64,000 nucleotides of DNA from Camelus dromedarius (Eukaryota): contig NC_087459.1 in assembly GCF_036321535.1 (NCBI RefSeq), positions 5,890,001 to 5,954,000 on the forward strand. Reading direction: 5' to 3'. Shown piece after piece: positions 36,925-48,604 of the stretch. The position numbers and the translations under genes were made by a program. The notes under the pieces are model-generated. The model was not told the origin of the DNA, made no database searches, and saw only the letters and a list, made by a program, of their open reading frames with translations. The number at the start of each line of letters is the position of its first letter. The stretch's first letter is position 1.

Positions 36925-38050
36925 TTTAAGAAATTTTTTTTTAGATAGAATGTACACACAGTGAAACGCACAGGTCTTAGTCTCACAATGTTTTTGAGTT
37001 TTGATAAATGTACACGTCCATTTAACCAACATTCTACTCAAGTGGAGATCACTCCAGCGCCCCCTTGTGGTGGCCAACCCTCTATACGCAATGACTGTTG
37101 TGAATTCTCTCACCGTCCATTTGTTTTCTCAGCTGAACGTCATCTATATGAAAACATAGGATACGCATGCTTCTGTGTTTGGCCCCTTAAGCTCTCTCTA
37201 ATGCATCTGAGATTCACCCACATCAACACATGCATTGCTAGTCCGACTTCTTTGTACTGCTGAGTAGCATGACATCGTACAAGCACAACTTATTTTTCCA
37301 TTCTTCCACTTGACGGACATTTGAACTGTTTGCTTCGTTTTAACTATTAGGAAGAAAGCTGGAAGAAACCTTACGACTGTCCACTTGCGTGTGGAGGGGG
37401 TTGTATGGTTTTATTACCCTTTGGTAATTACTGAAGAGTGGAGCTGCTGGGAAAGAGATGTTTCACTATAAGTTAAACGACCAAACATCTTTCCAAAGCA
37501 CTTGTGCCACTCTGGACTCCCCACCAGCGACATGTGATAGTTTCCATTCCTCAACGTCCTCACTAGCGTTTGGTGTTTTTACTCTTTTTTTAGTTATTCC
37601 AGTGGGTGTGTAGTGGTATCTCGCTGTGACCTTTTCACTTGCACGTCCCTGATGACTACAACCTCCAGCAAGCACTTTTTAATATGCTCCGTGGACCTTC
37701 TTGCAGCCTCTGATATCAACTGTTCTTTCAAGTCACTGTCCCACTTTTATTGCGTTGTTTGTCTTTGCATATTCAGGATGTTCGTCCTCTGGCAGATAGC
37801 AGGATTGTGAATATAACCTCTCAGTCCCTAGTTTGCCCTTTCATTTGCTTTATACCTTTGATAGAAGTTTTTTCATTTCAATGAAGCCCAATTTATCTTT
37901 TTCTTAATCATTAGTGTTTTTTGTGTACACCAAGATTGCAAAAATATTCTCTTTACGGTTTCTTCTAGAAACTTTACCATTATCATAGTTTAAACACTTA
38001 GATCTATGAGCTATTTCAAATTAATTTTTGTGAGGTGTAGGGCAAGGTTC
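36925..38050 (-). mobile_element. Old L1M (MB/MC-like) 3' region
   Basis: cttccacttgacggacatttgaactgtt...ttccaaagcacttgtgccactc...gtgtagtggtatctc...atgaagcccaatttatc...tttctagaaactttacc-like segment. Confidence 0.8.
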
Positions 38051-39121
38051 ACTTTCTTCCAGAGTAATATAAATTTCCTTCTTAGATCTACTTTTGCTAC
38101 ATCCTCCAAATTTTAATATCCTGTATTTTCAGGACCAATCTTTTAAAAATATTTTATAATTTTCCTTGTGAGTCACCCATCTTTAAAGCATTGGTTATTC
38201 AGAAATTTCTCATTTGATTTCCAAATAATTGAAGATAATTCTAACATCCATGCCACATCAGACTGTTTCTACTGACTGTATTTTATATCGTGCTTTTGAG
38301 TCACATTTTCCAGGTTATACATCTGTTGAGGACATTTTATTGTACATTCAACAATTCGGATCACGTCTTATAGGAGTCTAGATTATGCCTTCTTTTAAAG
38401 ACTGCTGAGTTTTATTCACCAGGCGGTTAAGTTACTCAAAGATTGTTTTGATCCTGTCCAACTTGGTTTTATTCTTTGTCCAGCGGGGTATATTTCCACC
38501 TTGAACTTAGCCATAGGATGTGGCCTTATTCTGGTGGATTAAGAACTTACTCATAAGGCATGGCCAGTCTGGGGTCACGGCTGATTGTGTTTTCAGCAAC
38601 AACCCCTAAACCCTGATGAGTTGGTTCCCAGCCCTGCACAAATTCTGGCATTACTATATCATTTCCAGCCTGGCATCAAGCTAAGTCTGGTGAACTCGCA
38701 CCCTGGGTGTACAGCCCAGTCCTCTGCTGAGGAAGGACCTGCAGTAAATCCCCAAGAAGATTTACGAGTACTCCCCTGCACGTATTCCTCCCTTCTGGTA
38801 CCCTGTCCCCCAGATTCCACTTGAGAAGCCAAGAATTCTAATCTCTACCTCTTAGTTCAAAGACATGCTCACTGTGCTTAGTGCCTCCTGCCTGCACTGC
38901 AGCAGGAAAGAAAGGGCTCCAGGACAGAGAGCCATGGCTTTATGAGGCTCAGGACATGTGTTTCCCTTCTCTCAAGGACCACAGAACCACACTGCCTTTT
39001 GATAGATGCCTGAAAAGAACAGCCTCATATATTTCATTCCCATCTACAGTTGTTTTCAACAAAAGGACAAGCCGGGCATCCATCACAGCACCAGGACTGG
39101 ATGTCAAAGTCTTTTTAGAGT

Positions 39122-39437
39122 AGGATGATCCAATAGAAACAGAATGCAAGCCACATATCATATCAAATTTTCTAACAGCCACGTTGAAAATAAAGAGTGA
39201 AAATGAATAAGTGGAATCCTATTAATAATGTATTGCATTTAACTGAATATATCCAGAGATGATCATTCTATTGAGTAATCAGTATAAAAATTATTGAGAT
39301 TTTTATATTATTTTCCCACACTTAGTCTTCAATAGCCCGTATTTTACACGTACAGAACAAATCAGTTCGATGCAGCCACAATTTCAAGTGTTCAGCAGCC
39401 ACATGTGGCTAGTGGCTACTGTATTGAGCAGCCAGCT
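39122..39437 (+). mobile_element. MER33 hAT MITE
   Basis: tccaatagaaacagaatgcaagccacatat...ttcaagtgttcagcagccacatgtggctagtggctactgtattg. Confidence 0.85.
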
Positions 39438-39994
39438 CTAGGGGTCCTTAAGCACAATAAATTGAAGAAACAGCAGGCTTTAGGGGGTTTTCAAATAGAT
39501 TTCTAGCACCCCCAAGTCCAGTAGTCAATGCATGCTTCCCTTAGCCAATTCTCTAAAGTGCAAAAGAGCTTGGGCCAAAACCTTCCTCTGTTTCACGAAA
39601 AATATGGCGGAAGATTTTTTTTTAACCTCTTATGAATGCAAACCAAAGTAGCTATTACAAAAGTAGGAAGTTAACGTCACTCGACGGAGAATGCGTTATT
39701 AACGTCCCAACTCTCCCTGAGTGTTAAACGTTTATTTAATGGTGTGACCTTTCTCAGGTCCTGATTTCCAAATCTACGATGTGAACAAAGCCATAAACTG
39801 TGCTGGCTAGGAGGCAGAGTGGTTTAAAATTGACCAGGGAACAGAATTATTTGAAAAGGTCCCACATGAATCTTCTTTAGAGGCTAACCTGAGATTCGTT
39901 TCCACAAGGTCAACCTCATTCTCACTTCTGAAATTCAAAGCTATGTGTTTCGGGGGCCCACACACCCATCACTTCGCCTATTTTGAGCCCCTCC

Positions 39995-40665
39995 GCTACC
40001 TACCGCAGAGTCTGGCAAATGACGCCCAAAGATTTCTTAATCTGAAAGGCCCAGATCAACAGACAGCCGTGTGTTTCAGTTAAGCAGCCCCTGGAGCAGG
40101 TACCGGAATTAGGTGGAGCAAAAGAAAAGCAACGCAGGAGGAGAACGTCTTTAAGGGAGAAACAGAGAAAATAACCTTGGATACAGAATATGTTTGCTCT
40201 GCCCTTGTGAGCCAAACCGTCGAATCCCACCCAGGCTACTTCCCTCAGCACTCTGTCCCTCCAGCCACACTGACTTCCTTTCAGTTTCTCAGACACGCCA
40301 ACCTTATTCCCGTCTCAGGGTCTTTGTACGTGCTGTTCTCTCTGCCTGGAATGCTCTTCCCACAGCCGTTAGCAAGGCCTGCTCCTCCATCCTCTCCAAG
40401 ATTTAGCAGGGACATCATCTCTTTCGAGAGCCTTCCCCATGGCCCCTTAATTACTTACGCTTTCCCAGCTCATAATCACCTTGATTTCTTTCCTAGTATC
40501 TATCACCATGGGCCGCCGGTGTCTGAGGGGTTTACTTCTTTGTGGTCTGTCTCCCCGCAAGAATGTAAGTTCCCCGAGGCTGAGGGCACTCCCTCCAGTC
40601 TCGCCTCTGCTTCCCAGGCCCCAGCCCAGTACTTGGTCTGTATTAGACTCTTAACACACACACAC
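39995..40665 (+). mobile_element. L2a 3' region
   Basis: ccagccacactgacttcctttcagtttctc...gtgctgttctctctgcctggaatgctcttcc...agaatgtaagttccccgaggc. Accounts for most of the 192-aa ORF at 40177-40755. Confidence 0.85.
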
Positions 40666-40707
40666 ACTTGTTGGCTGTTACGTGACTGTTATACCCTTGA
40701 GCTTTGG

Positions 40708-40862
40708 ATTTTTTTCTTTTTTAATTGTTTGTTTGTTTGTTTGTTTGGGGGGTAATTAGGTTTGTTTGCTGTTTGTTTGTTTAATGCAGGTACTGGAGGG
40801 TGGACCCAGGACCTCATGCATGATGAGCACACGCTCTACCACTGAGCTTACCCTTCACCCTC
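40708..40862 (-). mobile_element. Camelid tRNA-derived SINE (Vic-1-like)
   Basis: ggggggtaattaggttt...gtactggagggtggacccaggacctcatgcatg...ctctaccactgagct; (GTTT)n tail; 10-bp TSD tgagctttgg at 40698-40707 and 40863-40872. Confidence 0.9.
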
Positions 40863-41009
40863 TGAGCTTTGGGTACTCAGATGGGGAAGGAAAAAACCCT
40901 GCTCTACTCAGAGCTAATGGGACAGCCAGATCCCTGAATGTCCCTGTTAAGAAGTGGTGGCAGGTGCATCAGTGGCATCCATTCCCGGGAGGGCACACGG
41001 CAACTTGGA

Positions 41010-41165
41010 CCGCGGGCCTGAAGTCCTATGGAAGACTGAACTTTAGTCCATCACTCACTAGCTCTGTGACCTTGGGCACATTATTAATGACGCATGTCTG
41101 TCTTCTCCTCCAGAAACGGGATGAATGGAAATTTCTATTTGAAGGAGTTGTCAAGAGCCAATAAA
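41010..41165 (+). mobile_element. MIR
   Basis: ccatcactcactagctctgtgaccttgggcacattatt...gaaacgggatgaatgg. Confidence 0.65.
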
Positions 41166-42426
41166 ATAACAGATCAAGCCCTGGGCCTGGTTCATTCACT
41201 GTGTGGCCACTATTAGCCGTGATGGTTGTTGAAAGATGAATTGCCTGGCCCCGGCAGGAAGGTGAAGGTGGATAAATCCAGTGGCCTACAGACCCGAGGT
41301 CACCTCTGCTCGGTTGGCTGGCCCTCGAGAATATCATTTGGAAACTTTAAAGTCTTCCTCATTTATTGGCGAACTTCCCTTTTTTTTTTTCTTTAACTCT
41401 CCATTACAGTTCGAATGCGGTACTTAAGCCTCTGGATCTGACTTCCTGGCTGCAGGAGAAATAGAAACTGCCATATTGGAAATCTGACTGTTCAGTGACT
41501 CGCAGAAGTCTTCTCTCATTTGTCACAGGCAAGAAAAAAAAGAATGAGTTCAAGTTGTTTAGAAGACAGTCAAACCAAGCTCCTTGAGAAGCAATTATTT
41601 TGGAGGAATTTCCCCCATTCTTGAGAGCTTTACCATTTTCATACTGAAGGGTCTTTAACTGGAAATCATTTTTTTAAACAGCAGTCTCATAAAACTCTCT
41701 CCCCAGCAGTAACAGTGGGAAGGTTTGCCCATCTCACAATATAAAAGGGAAGAAAATCACCTGCTAACCCTTCACCGCCGACCCGCGAGGACACCCTACA
41801 GAGAACGGGCTGAAGATGGTAATTACATTACTGTATTTCCTATGAATTCTGATCAAGCAGAAGCATGAGTCCAGCTTAGATGCACATTTCTGCTGACCGT
41901 GACCAGTTCTGCCACCTTTCCACCTTGGATTCAGAACCTGGGCCAAAGCTGCTTTGGGTGCACAGCTTCTCCACAAATGTAATCCGTGGCCAATGAGACC
42001 AACACGCCAGGCACATGCCACTCCCATGTTTAGCCACTCAGAGGTTCTCATCAGTGTGAAACATCCAGGGACAAATACACACCATGCCGATTCTTGGAAG
42101 GTCTATCTACGTGCCCAAAGCAGACCAACGGCATGCTCTCTCCTAGGTCTGGCAAATCTAAGTGCTCGCAATGATCATTTGATGGCTTTTCCATCTCAAT
42201 GGGGGAGACAAGGGGCCCCCCGATAAGATCCATCTCGTCTTCTCATTCTCTCTCCTCTGTCTAGTGAAATATATTTGTACTTTCAGATAAGAAAAAAATA
42301 CTATAATAGTTGTAGGGAGTGTGAGGGATTCGGGGGCCGACGAAGAAAAAGATCTGAGTAAGAGAGGCAGTAAGACACAGTGAGTTCTGCTGGGTGGCCC
42401 CTGGACGGGGCTGAACGAGGGGGATG

Positions 42427-42565
42427 TTTGTTTCTGTTTGCGCTGCTACAACAAAATACCACCAAAGAAACCCGGCTTAAACAATAGACATTTATTTCTC
42501 ACAGTTCTGGAGGCAAGAAGTCCAGATCCAGGTGCCAGCAGACTTGGCTCCTGGGGAGAGCGAAG
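42427..42565 (-). mobile_element. MLT1A-like LTR fragment
   Basis: gctgctacaacaaaataccac...acatttatttctcacagttctggaggcaagaagtccagatccaggtgccagc. Confidence 0.8.
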
Positions 42566-43194
42566 ATCTACCTACATGGGCTAGTTTAAAAATAATTGAA
42601 TATGTTACATTTTTGAGTTCGGTCACAATGGGCTTTTGAGCAAAGAGGTTCCAGCCAGCAGTGAAGAAATAAACAACCTGGGGCCACATATGGGGACTCG
42701 TTAGCATAACAATGATCAAATCCTGTTTGAAGGCAGGAGAACAGAGATCCACTCCCAGACTCTGAAAGAAGACAGTCGGCAGGAGCAGCAAGATCACGTA
42801 CCCAAAGGGGCAGGGGTGGGGAGGGGGGCGCCTGCATGAACAGAGCATCCTTTAAGGAAGGATCAGCAGCAGCGTGGGAGGATGTGCGTCTAGAGCGGCC
42901 AGACCATAGGGTTTTTAAGAGATACGGATCCTGTTTTCGATGCCAAGTATCTCACAGTGAAACACTGACAAATAATACAAACTTCAAATACGTAGTGTGG
43001 CTCCAGCAAAACTCCTCCAGTGGCCAGTTACAGCCTGCGGGAGCCAGCTTCCAACCTCTGTTTCTGACTCCAGGGCAGATGAAAATGAGCGCGAGTTCCA
43101 CACGGGGTACACGTGGGGCACCATGAGGAAGGTCCGGGCCAGCGCTGACCAAGTCAGGGGCTTGCTTCTCCCATGATCTTTTTTAGCTGCTTGT

Positions 43195-43800
43195 TCTTTT
43201 TTTTTTTTTTTTTTTTTTTCATTTCTTAATGTGGTAAAATACCACATTAACATAACATAAAACCTACCATGTAACCATTGTTAAATGGGCAATTCAGTGA
43301 CATTTAGAACTTTCATAACGTGGTGCGACTACCACCACTATCCTTCTCCAGAGCTTTTTCATCCTCCCAAATGAAATTCGGTTCCTGTATAACAGTAACT
43401 CACCATCCCCTCCCCCACCGCAGCCCTGGCAACCACCATTCCATTTTCCCGTCTCTAAGAATCTGACTACTCCAGGTGTCACCTGTAAGTGGAATCACAC
43501 AGAATTTGTCTTTTTTTGTCTAGCTTCTTTCACTGAGCATCGTGTTTTCAAGGTTCATCCCTGTAACAGAATGTATCAGATCTCCATTCTTTTTTTATGG
43601 CTGAATAATATTTCATTGTGTGGATGGACCACACCTTCTTTGTTCAGTTATCCATCAATGGACATTTAGGTTTTGTTTCCACCTTTGGGCTATTGTGAAC
43701 GATGCTGCAGTGAGCACTGGCATACAAGTACCTGTTTGAGTTTCTGCTTTTGTTTCCTTGGATAAACACAAAGAAATGGTAATTCTGTTTAGCTTTTTGA
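43195..43800 (-). mobile_element. L1MA/MB 3' end
   Basis: Poly-T then taatgtggtaaaataccacattaac...ccctggcaaccaccattcc...gtggaatcacacagaatttgtc...tatccatcaatggacattt. Confidence 0.85.
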
Positions 43801-44479
43801 GGAATCTCCTAAAATTTTATAGTTTCAAATTATCCCCTAAGTTATAGCAAAGATTTTTTTCCTATAGTGTGTTCTAAACCTAATATTCTCTAGAGAGCAA
43901 CAGTGGTTTATACAATTCTAATATGCTTGTCAGTTGCTGAAAAATAGTTTTCTTTTTCTCATTGTGTTATTTCAGTCTTTTTAACTCATTTTCATCTGTT
44001 TAACTTGAAGTTTATTGGCAGTGGCTTTGGGGCTTTGATCAGAGGAGACATTTTTACCTACACACAGGCGCGCGCACACACACACACTCTGCCACACAGA
44101 TCACATTCTGCAACCCTGCAGAATAAATGACAAAGGTCCCATGGCCTTCTCTCCCCATTAACTGGAAAGATAGAGTTACTCTTTCCTCTTCAACAGGGAA
44201 GAGCCAGTGAGCACCCCGGGTGTTGACTCAGGACATCGCCACCCCACTGTCAGTCACTAATGGGAAGGGGAGGCTGCTAGGAATGCAGACTCGGCAGAAT
44301 GTAACCCCTGGCTCGACAAATAGCCAGGGAATGAAGGTGGCTTCAAGGCAGAGTATGTCTTAAGAGATGAACTCAAATGAGAAAACAGTGAAAAAGCAAA
44401 GAGTTAGGGGTTCATAAAATTCATCTGTTTGTTCAGGAGCCTCAGTGTATACAGACTCCTTTAAAACTGTGTGTGTGTG

Positions 44480-44757
44480 AGACACGGTTACCAAAGGGGA
44501 AAGGTGGGGGAGGGAAAAATTAGGTGTTTGAGATTAATGTATATGAAATAGATAACCAGCAAGGTCCCACCGTACAGCACAGGGAATTCTATTCAATATC
44601 TTGTAATAATCTATAATGGAAAAGAATCTGAACAAGAAGAGATTTTTATTTATGTATGTGTAACTGAATCACTTTGCTGTACACCTGAAACACTGTAAAT
44701 CAACTATACCTCAATGAAAACTGAAAAAAAAATTTCTGCACCAATAGGGAAAAAAAA
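44480..44757 (+). mobile_element. L1 3' end (L1_Art-like)
   Basis: ggttaccaaaggggaaagg...aatcactttgctgtacacctgaaac...caactatacctcaat; TSD 15/17 identical at 44463-44479 and 44754-44770. Confidence 0.88.
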
Positions 44758-44904
44758 TTGTGTGTCTGTGTGTGTGTTTAATCACCTTTTAGGCACTAGG
44801 CCCTCCGATAAGTCACGAAGACACACAAATCATTAAGGAAACTTCCCCACTATCAAGAAGCTCACAGACTAGCAGAGGAAGAAGTTAAACAAGAAAACAT
44901 TAAA

Positions 44905-45130
44905 AAGTAATAAAAACAGTCACTCACTCTGCCCCAGGCACTTCATAGGTGTTGTCTTATTTCCTCCCACGGTCATTCTATAGAGACAGGTCCTGTTAAT
45001 TAGCCACGTTTTTTTTTTAAACAGAGGAGGAAACTATCTCAGAGAAGTTAATTAACTTGTTCAAATTCACACGGCTAGTAAAAGTAGTAGGTGGATTGGC
45101 CCCAGGCACCCTTGATTCTGAAAGCGCTCA
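44905..45130 (-). mobile_element. MIR
   Basis: ccaggcacttcatagg...acagaggaggaaactatctcagagaagttaattaacttgttcaaattcacacggctagt. Confidence 0.7.
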
Positions 45131-45429
45131 CCCTGTGAAGCCCGGCCTGTGCTACGTGTCAAAAGGAAAGTGTGCACACGGCTGAGTTGAGGCTTACAAG
45201 GATGAGCGGAAATGCTCCTTTGTACCAGGCAGGGCCCATCACGAGGAGGTGGAAGGGTGCTGTCAGATACACCTAGAACAGACGGACAGTATGGCAGGGT
45301 CCTGAGGGTCACCCTAGGAGGCTGGGGTTCAGGGGTGCTGGGGATGGGAATGGCCTGAAATGAAGAGAAGGAAGTCGGACCCAGGATTCCAGCACAGAGT
45401 TTCCCAAGAAGTGGCCCACTGTTTACACT

Positions 45430-45545
45430 CACCTGACACACCTGCCTCACCAGGGGCACTTGTTAAAAATACAGACTCCTGATCCCCACCAGAGACACAC
45501 TGAGTCTCCATCTCAGAGCAGAGCTGAGAGCCCCATATTTTGCGT
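45430..45545. mobile_element. MER5A-like fragment
   Basis: caccaggggcacttgttaaaaatacagactcctgatccccaccagagacacactgagtc. Confidence 0.6.
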
Positions 45546-46009
45546 CTTGTGGATCGTGAAGTTGGATGCATGTTAAACCCCAGTGCACATACTCCAATGG
45601 GTTGGCACGGCGGTGCCTGCAGGCACTTTGTTAAACTAGGACACATGGAGATAAATAATGAAGTGGAAGGTAAAATTACAGAATTCATTTTTGTAAGAGG
45701 AAGACTCAGAGGAGGTCTAAGAAAGAATAAAGGTAAGTTTGCTGTGGGAATTGCCCCCGTCTCCGCCTCCTCTTCACTAGCCTCCACCCCAAACCCAGGA
45801 GTCTGCATCCTCGTACACCAGCAAAGTGTTCATAAAGGAGTGAGGGGAACCACGGCAGATGCTGGGCGCACTGGGAGGATGTCAGCCCAGAAAAAGGACG
45901 AAGACAGCTCGGAGCTGCAGAAGGAATGCACAGCCATCTGAAGTCATAGCTTCAAGCAATGTGGCCATAAGAGAATAAAAGGGTCTGAGAAGGAAAGGCA
46001 AAATAGTAA

Positions 46010-46200
46010 CACTTAATAATAACATTCACTATAACATGTATTGTATATATTCATTAATATGCATTGAGCCACGATGAATTACCTGTGTAATTCTCAATAA
46101 CAACAAAAACCACCTGGTGTAGGGACTACAATTTATCTATTGCACACACATGTAAACTGGGGCTCAAACATATTACGTGACCTGCCCAAGGGCCTGTGAG
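46010..46200 (-). mobile_element. MIR
   Basis: aataataacattcact...ttctcaataacaac...aaactggggctcaaacatattacgtgacctgcccaagg. Confidence 0.6.
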
Positions 46201-46289
46201 AAGAAAGATGGCCAGAGTAGAGGGAAAGGAGATTCCACTCACTTCAGTTAGCAGCTTGGTCAAGCACAGCACGAGGAAGAAGCTGACAC

Positions 46290-46925
46290 AGAAACTGGAA
46301 CCCTCTTGCTCCACTGGTGGGAATGGAAAACCTTGCAGCTCCTCGGTAAGTGGGACACAGAGTCATCACATGGCCCAACAACTGCACATCTAGTTCTAAA
46401 CCATGAATAACTGACAACGGGGACTCAAACAAATGCTTGCACACACACGTTCAAATGCTTGCACGCAAGCCAAGAGGTGGAAACATCCCACATGCCCACG
46501 GTGAGTGGATAAACAAAATGTGACACGTGCCTGCAATGGAACATAACTCAGCCAGAAACAGGAATGAAATCCTGATACATTTCACAAGGGGGAAGAGCCT
46601 CAAAACCACGATGCTCAGTGAAATTAGCCAGACGCAAAGGGCCCCATGCTGCATGATGCCTTCCACGTGAAATATCCAGAATAAAATAATCCATAGAGAG
46701 AGAAAGAAGGAGGGGTTGGCAGGGAAGAAGAAATGGGGAGGGGCTGCTTAATGGGTATAGGGTTTCCTTTTGGGGTGATAAGCACGTCTTAGCACTAGAT
46801 GGTGGTGCTGGTCATACAATACTGTGAACGTACTAAACGCCACTGAACTGCATGTTTAAAACCTGTGAATGGCTAATTTCAACATTCACTGACATGTTAT
46901 GTGAATGTTGCTTCAATAAAAAATG
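46290..46925 (+). mobile_element. L1MB-like 3' end
   Basis: cagaaactggaaccctc...gagtggataaacaaaatgtg...gggtatagggtttccttttgggg...tgaacgtactaaacgccactgaac...cttcaataaaa. Confidence 0.85.
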
Positions 46926-47224
46926 CAAAAGAAAAGGAGACAGGAATCCCACGGTCTGTTTTCTCTCAAAGGAAATCCAGGGCCAGTCTGCTCAGTTCAC
47001 TAAAAAGGGAATCTTGAGGGTGTCAGGCAGGGGAGCACCAGGACCAGGCATCTCTGCCAACAAACAAGCATCTTGGAAGTCACACATCACCCCAGCGCTG
47101 GGAGGGAAAGTGTGGGAGACACTAAGAAAGTCCAGAGAGGTTTCCGTTCATTGTGAACAAACTCAGTGAGGCATTTCTGCTCTCATTCAAACACCATGGA
47201 AACGGTATTACAATGGATGAGAAG

Positions 47225-47350
47225 AGACTTTAGAGATAAGGAAGGGGGATACAGAGAACTTGTGTGATGGGACCAAGGTCACACAGTAAGAACACAGCCA
47301 AATTAGCACCCAGACCTGTTGAAATGTCAGAACCTGTAGACCCAGAATCT
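47225..47350 (-). mobile_element. MIR
   Basis: gggaccaaggtcacacagtaag...gacctgttgaaatgtcag. Confidence 0.45.
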
Positions 47351-47744
47351 CCAAGACCCATGAGGATCCCAGCGAACCAACCTGAAGGAGTGTGATGGGG
47401 TGTCAGCCACCTGGGGAGTGTGTGGGAATGGTGATTTACACTCAGCATCCCTGCCTTTCATCCTCACTGGTCCTTGAATCCACATCCCAAAATGCTCTCA
47501 GCTGTCATCTCTGCACAGTATCTCCCAGGATGCCTACGTGAGCTACACGGTTTTCATTTCTGCCAATTATTCTCCTGGCTGGAGATGGAGACTCAGGACA
47601 TTCCGTTCAGCTGCCCAGACGCCTAGTTCCCTTCCCTCCACTAAATCATTAATGGCATATTTTTTCGTTCATTGTCACTTATGTGGCACACGATCCGTTT
47701 TAATTCTTAAAGTCCTACCTTGACTCATAAAGGCAGTGATTAAG

Positions 47745-48250
47745 GATGCTTCGACTTTGGAGTAAGGCAGCTTCGGGACTGAAATAAACCCATCCCTTAA
47801 CCAGCTGCATGGCTTCAGGACAACAACATCAGCCCCCTCTGCCTCTGTCTTCTCTGCAAAACGGGGACGACTGGGACCCTGACATCAAGGGACTGCTGTG
47901 AGCATCAAATGAGATAATGTGTGGGACCCTCCTGGACCCGATATTTAGTGGGTGCCAGGTACCCATCCAGTAAGTGTTAGTTATTACAAGAGGAGGCACT
48001 ATAGTTTAGTGAAGAAAAGGTTGGGGAAAACAGTTTGACCACCTGGGTTCAAAAAGTGACTTCATCACTGCCAGCTAAGTAAACCTGGGCAAGTTACTGA
48101 CCTTCTCTGAGCCTTGGTTTTCTCATCTGTAAAATGGAAATAGCAGTACCTATCAGACTGGACGAGTATGAACATTAAGTCATATTGTCCATAAACAAGC
48201 TAAGTACAGAGTCTGACACACACATATGTGCTCAGTCGCTATGGTCATTA
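47745..48250 (+). mobile_element. Two tandem MIRs (~47745-47990 and ~47995-48250)
   Basis: ctgtgagcatcaaatgagataatgtgtg; ctgggttcaaaaagtgac...ctgggcaagttactgaccttctctgagccttggttttctcatctgtaaaatgg. Confidence 0.75.
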
Positions 48251-48354
48251 ATATTACTATGATTCACAGCAGAATGTGACGGCTCTTGTTGGTCATGTTC
48301 ATTTAAATAATCACTTCTTCTAAATAAGAAAACAAAATTTGCAAGGCAATTAAC

Positions 48355-48600
48355 TTTTCAGCAAGCAAAATTACCTACAGCTAAGGCAAAACAGATTGAA
48401 ATACATCTACTGGATGAAAACAGATTAGTGGTTGCCCATGGGTGTGGGGATGAGAGAGGGGCTGACTGCAAAGGAAGTTTGGGAGTGACGAAATGTTTTG
48501 CATGGTCCATGCTGGGGGATTCAAAACTTTCTGTATTTGCCAAAATCTGCAGCACTGCACACCACAATTTTACTGTGTGTAAATTTTTAAAAAATCAACA
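48355..48600 (+). mobile_element. Old L1M 3' end
   Basis: gaaaacagattagtggttgcccatggg...ctgactgcaaaggaagtttggg...tttgccaaaatctgcagcactgcac. Confidence 0.7.
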
Positions 48601-48604
48601 AGAG

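Noticed and set aside
40177-40755. 192-aa ORF, the longest in the track
   Set aside because: Runs through an L2 3' region, a CA repeat and a SINE tail; TTG start.
45697-45732. Perfect donor aag|gtaagt
   Set aside because: The upstream acceptor is a weak AAG with a short pyrimidine tract.
45067-45941. Overlapping 130-159-aa ORFs on both strands
   Set aside because: No homology recognised; they overlap MIR and MER5A; non-ATG starts.
46430-46464. 13-bp direct repeat caaatgcttgcac
   Set aside because: Minor slippage duplication within an L1MB, with no functional implication.
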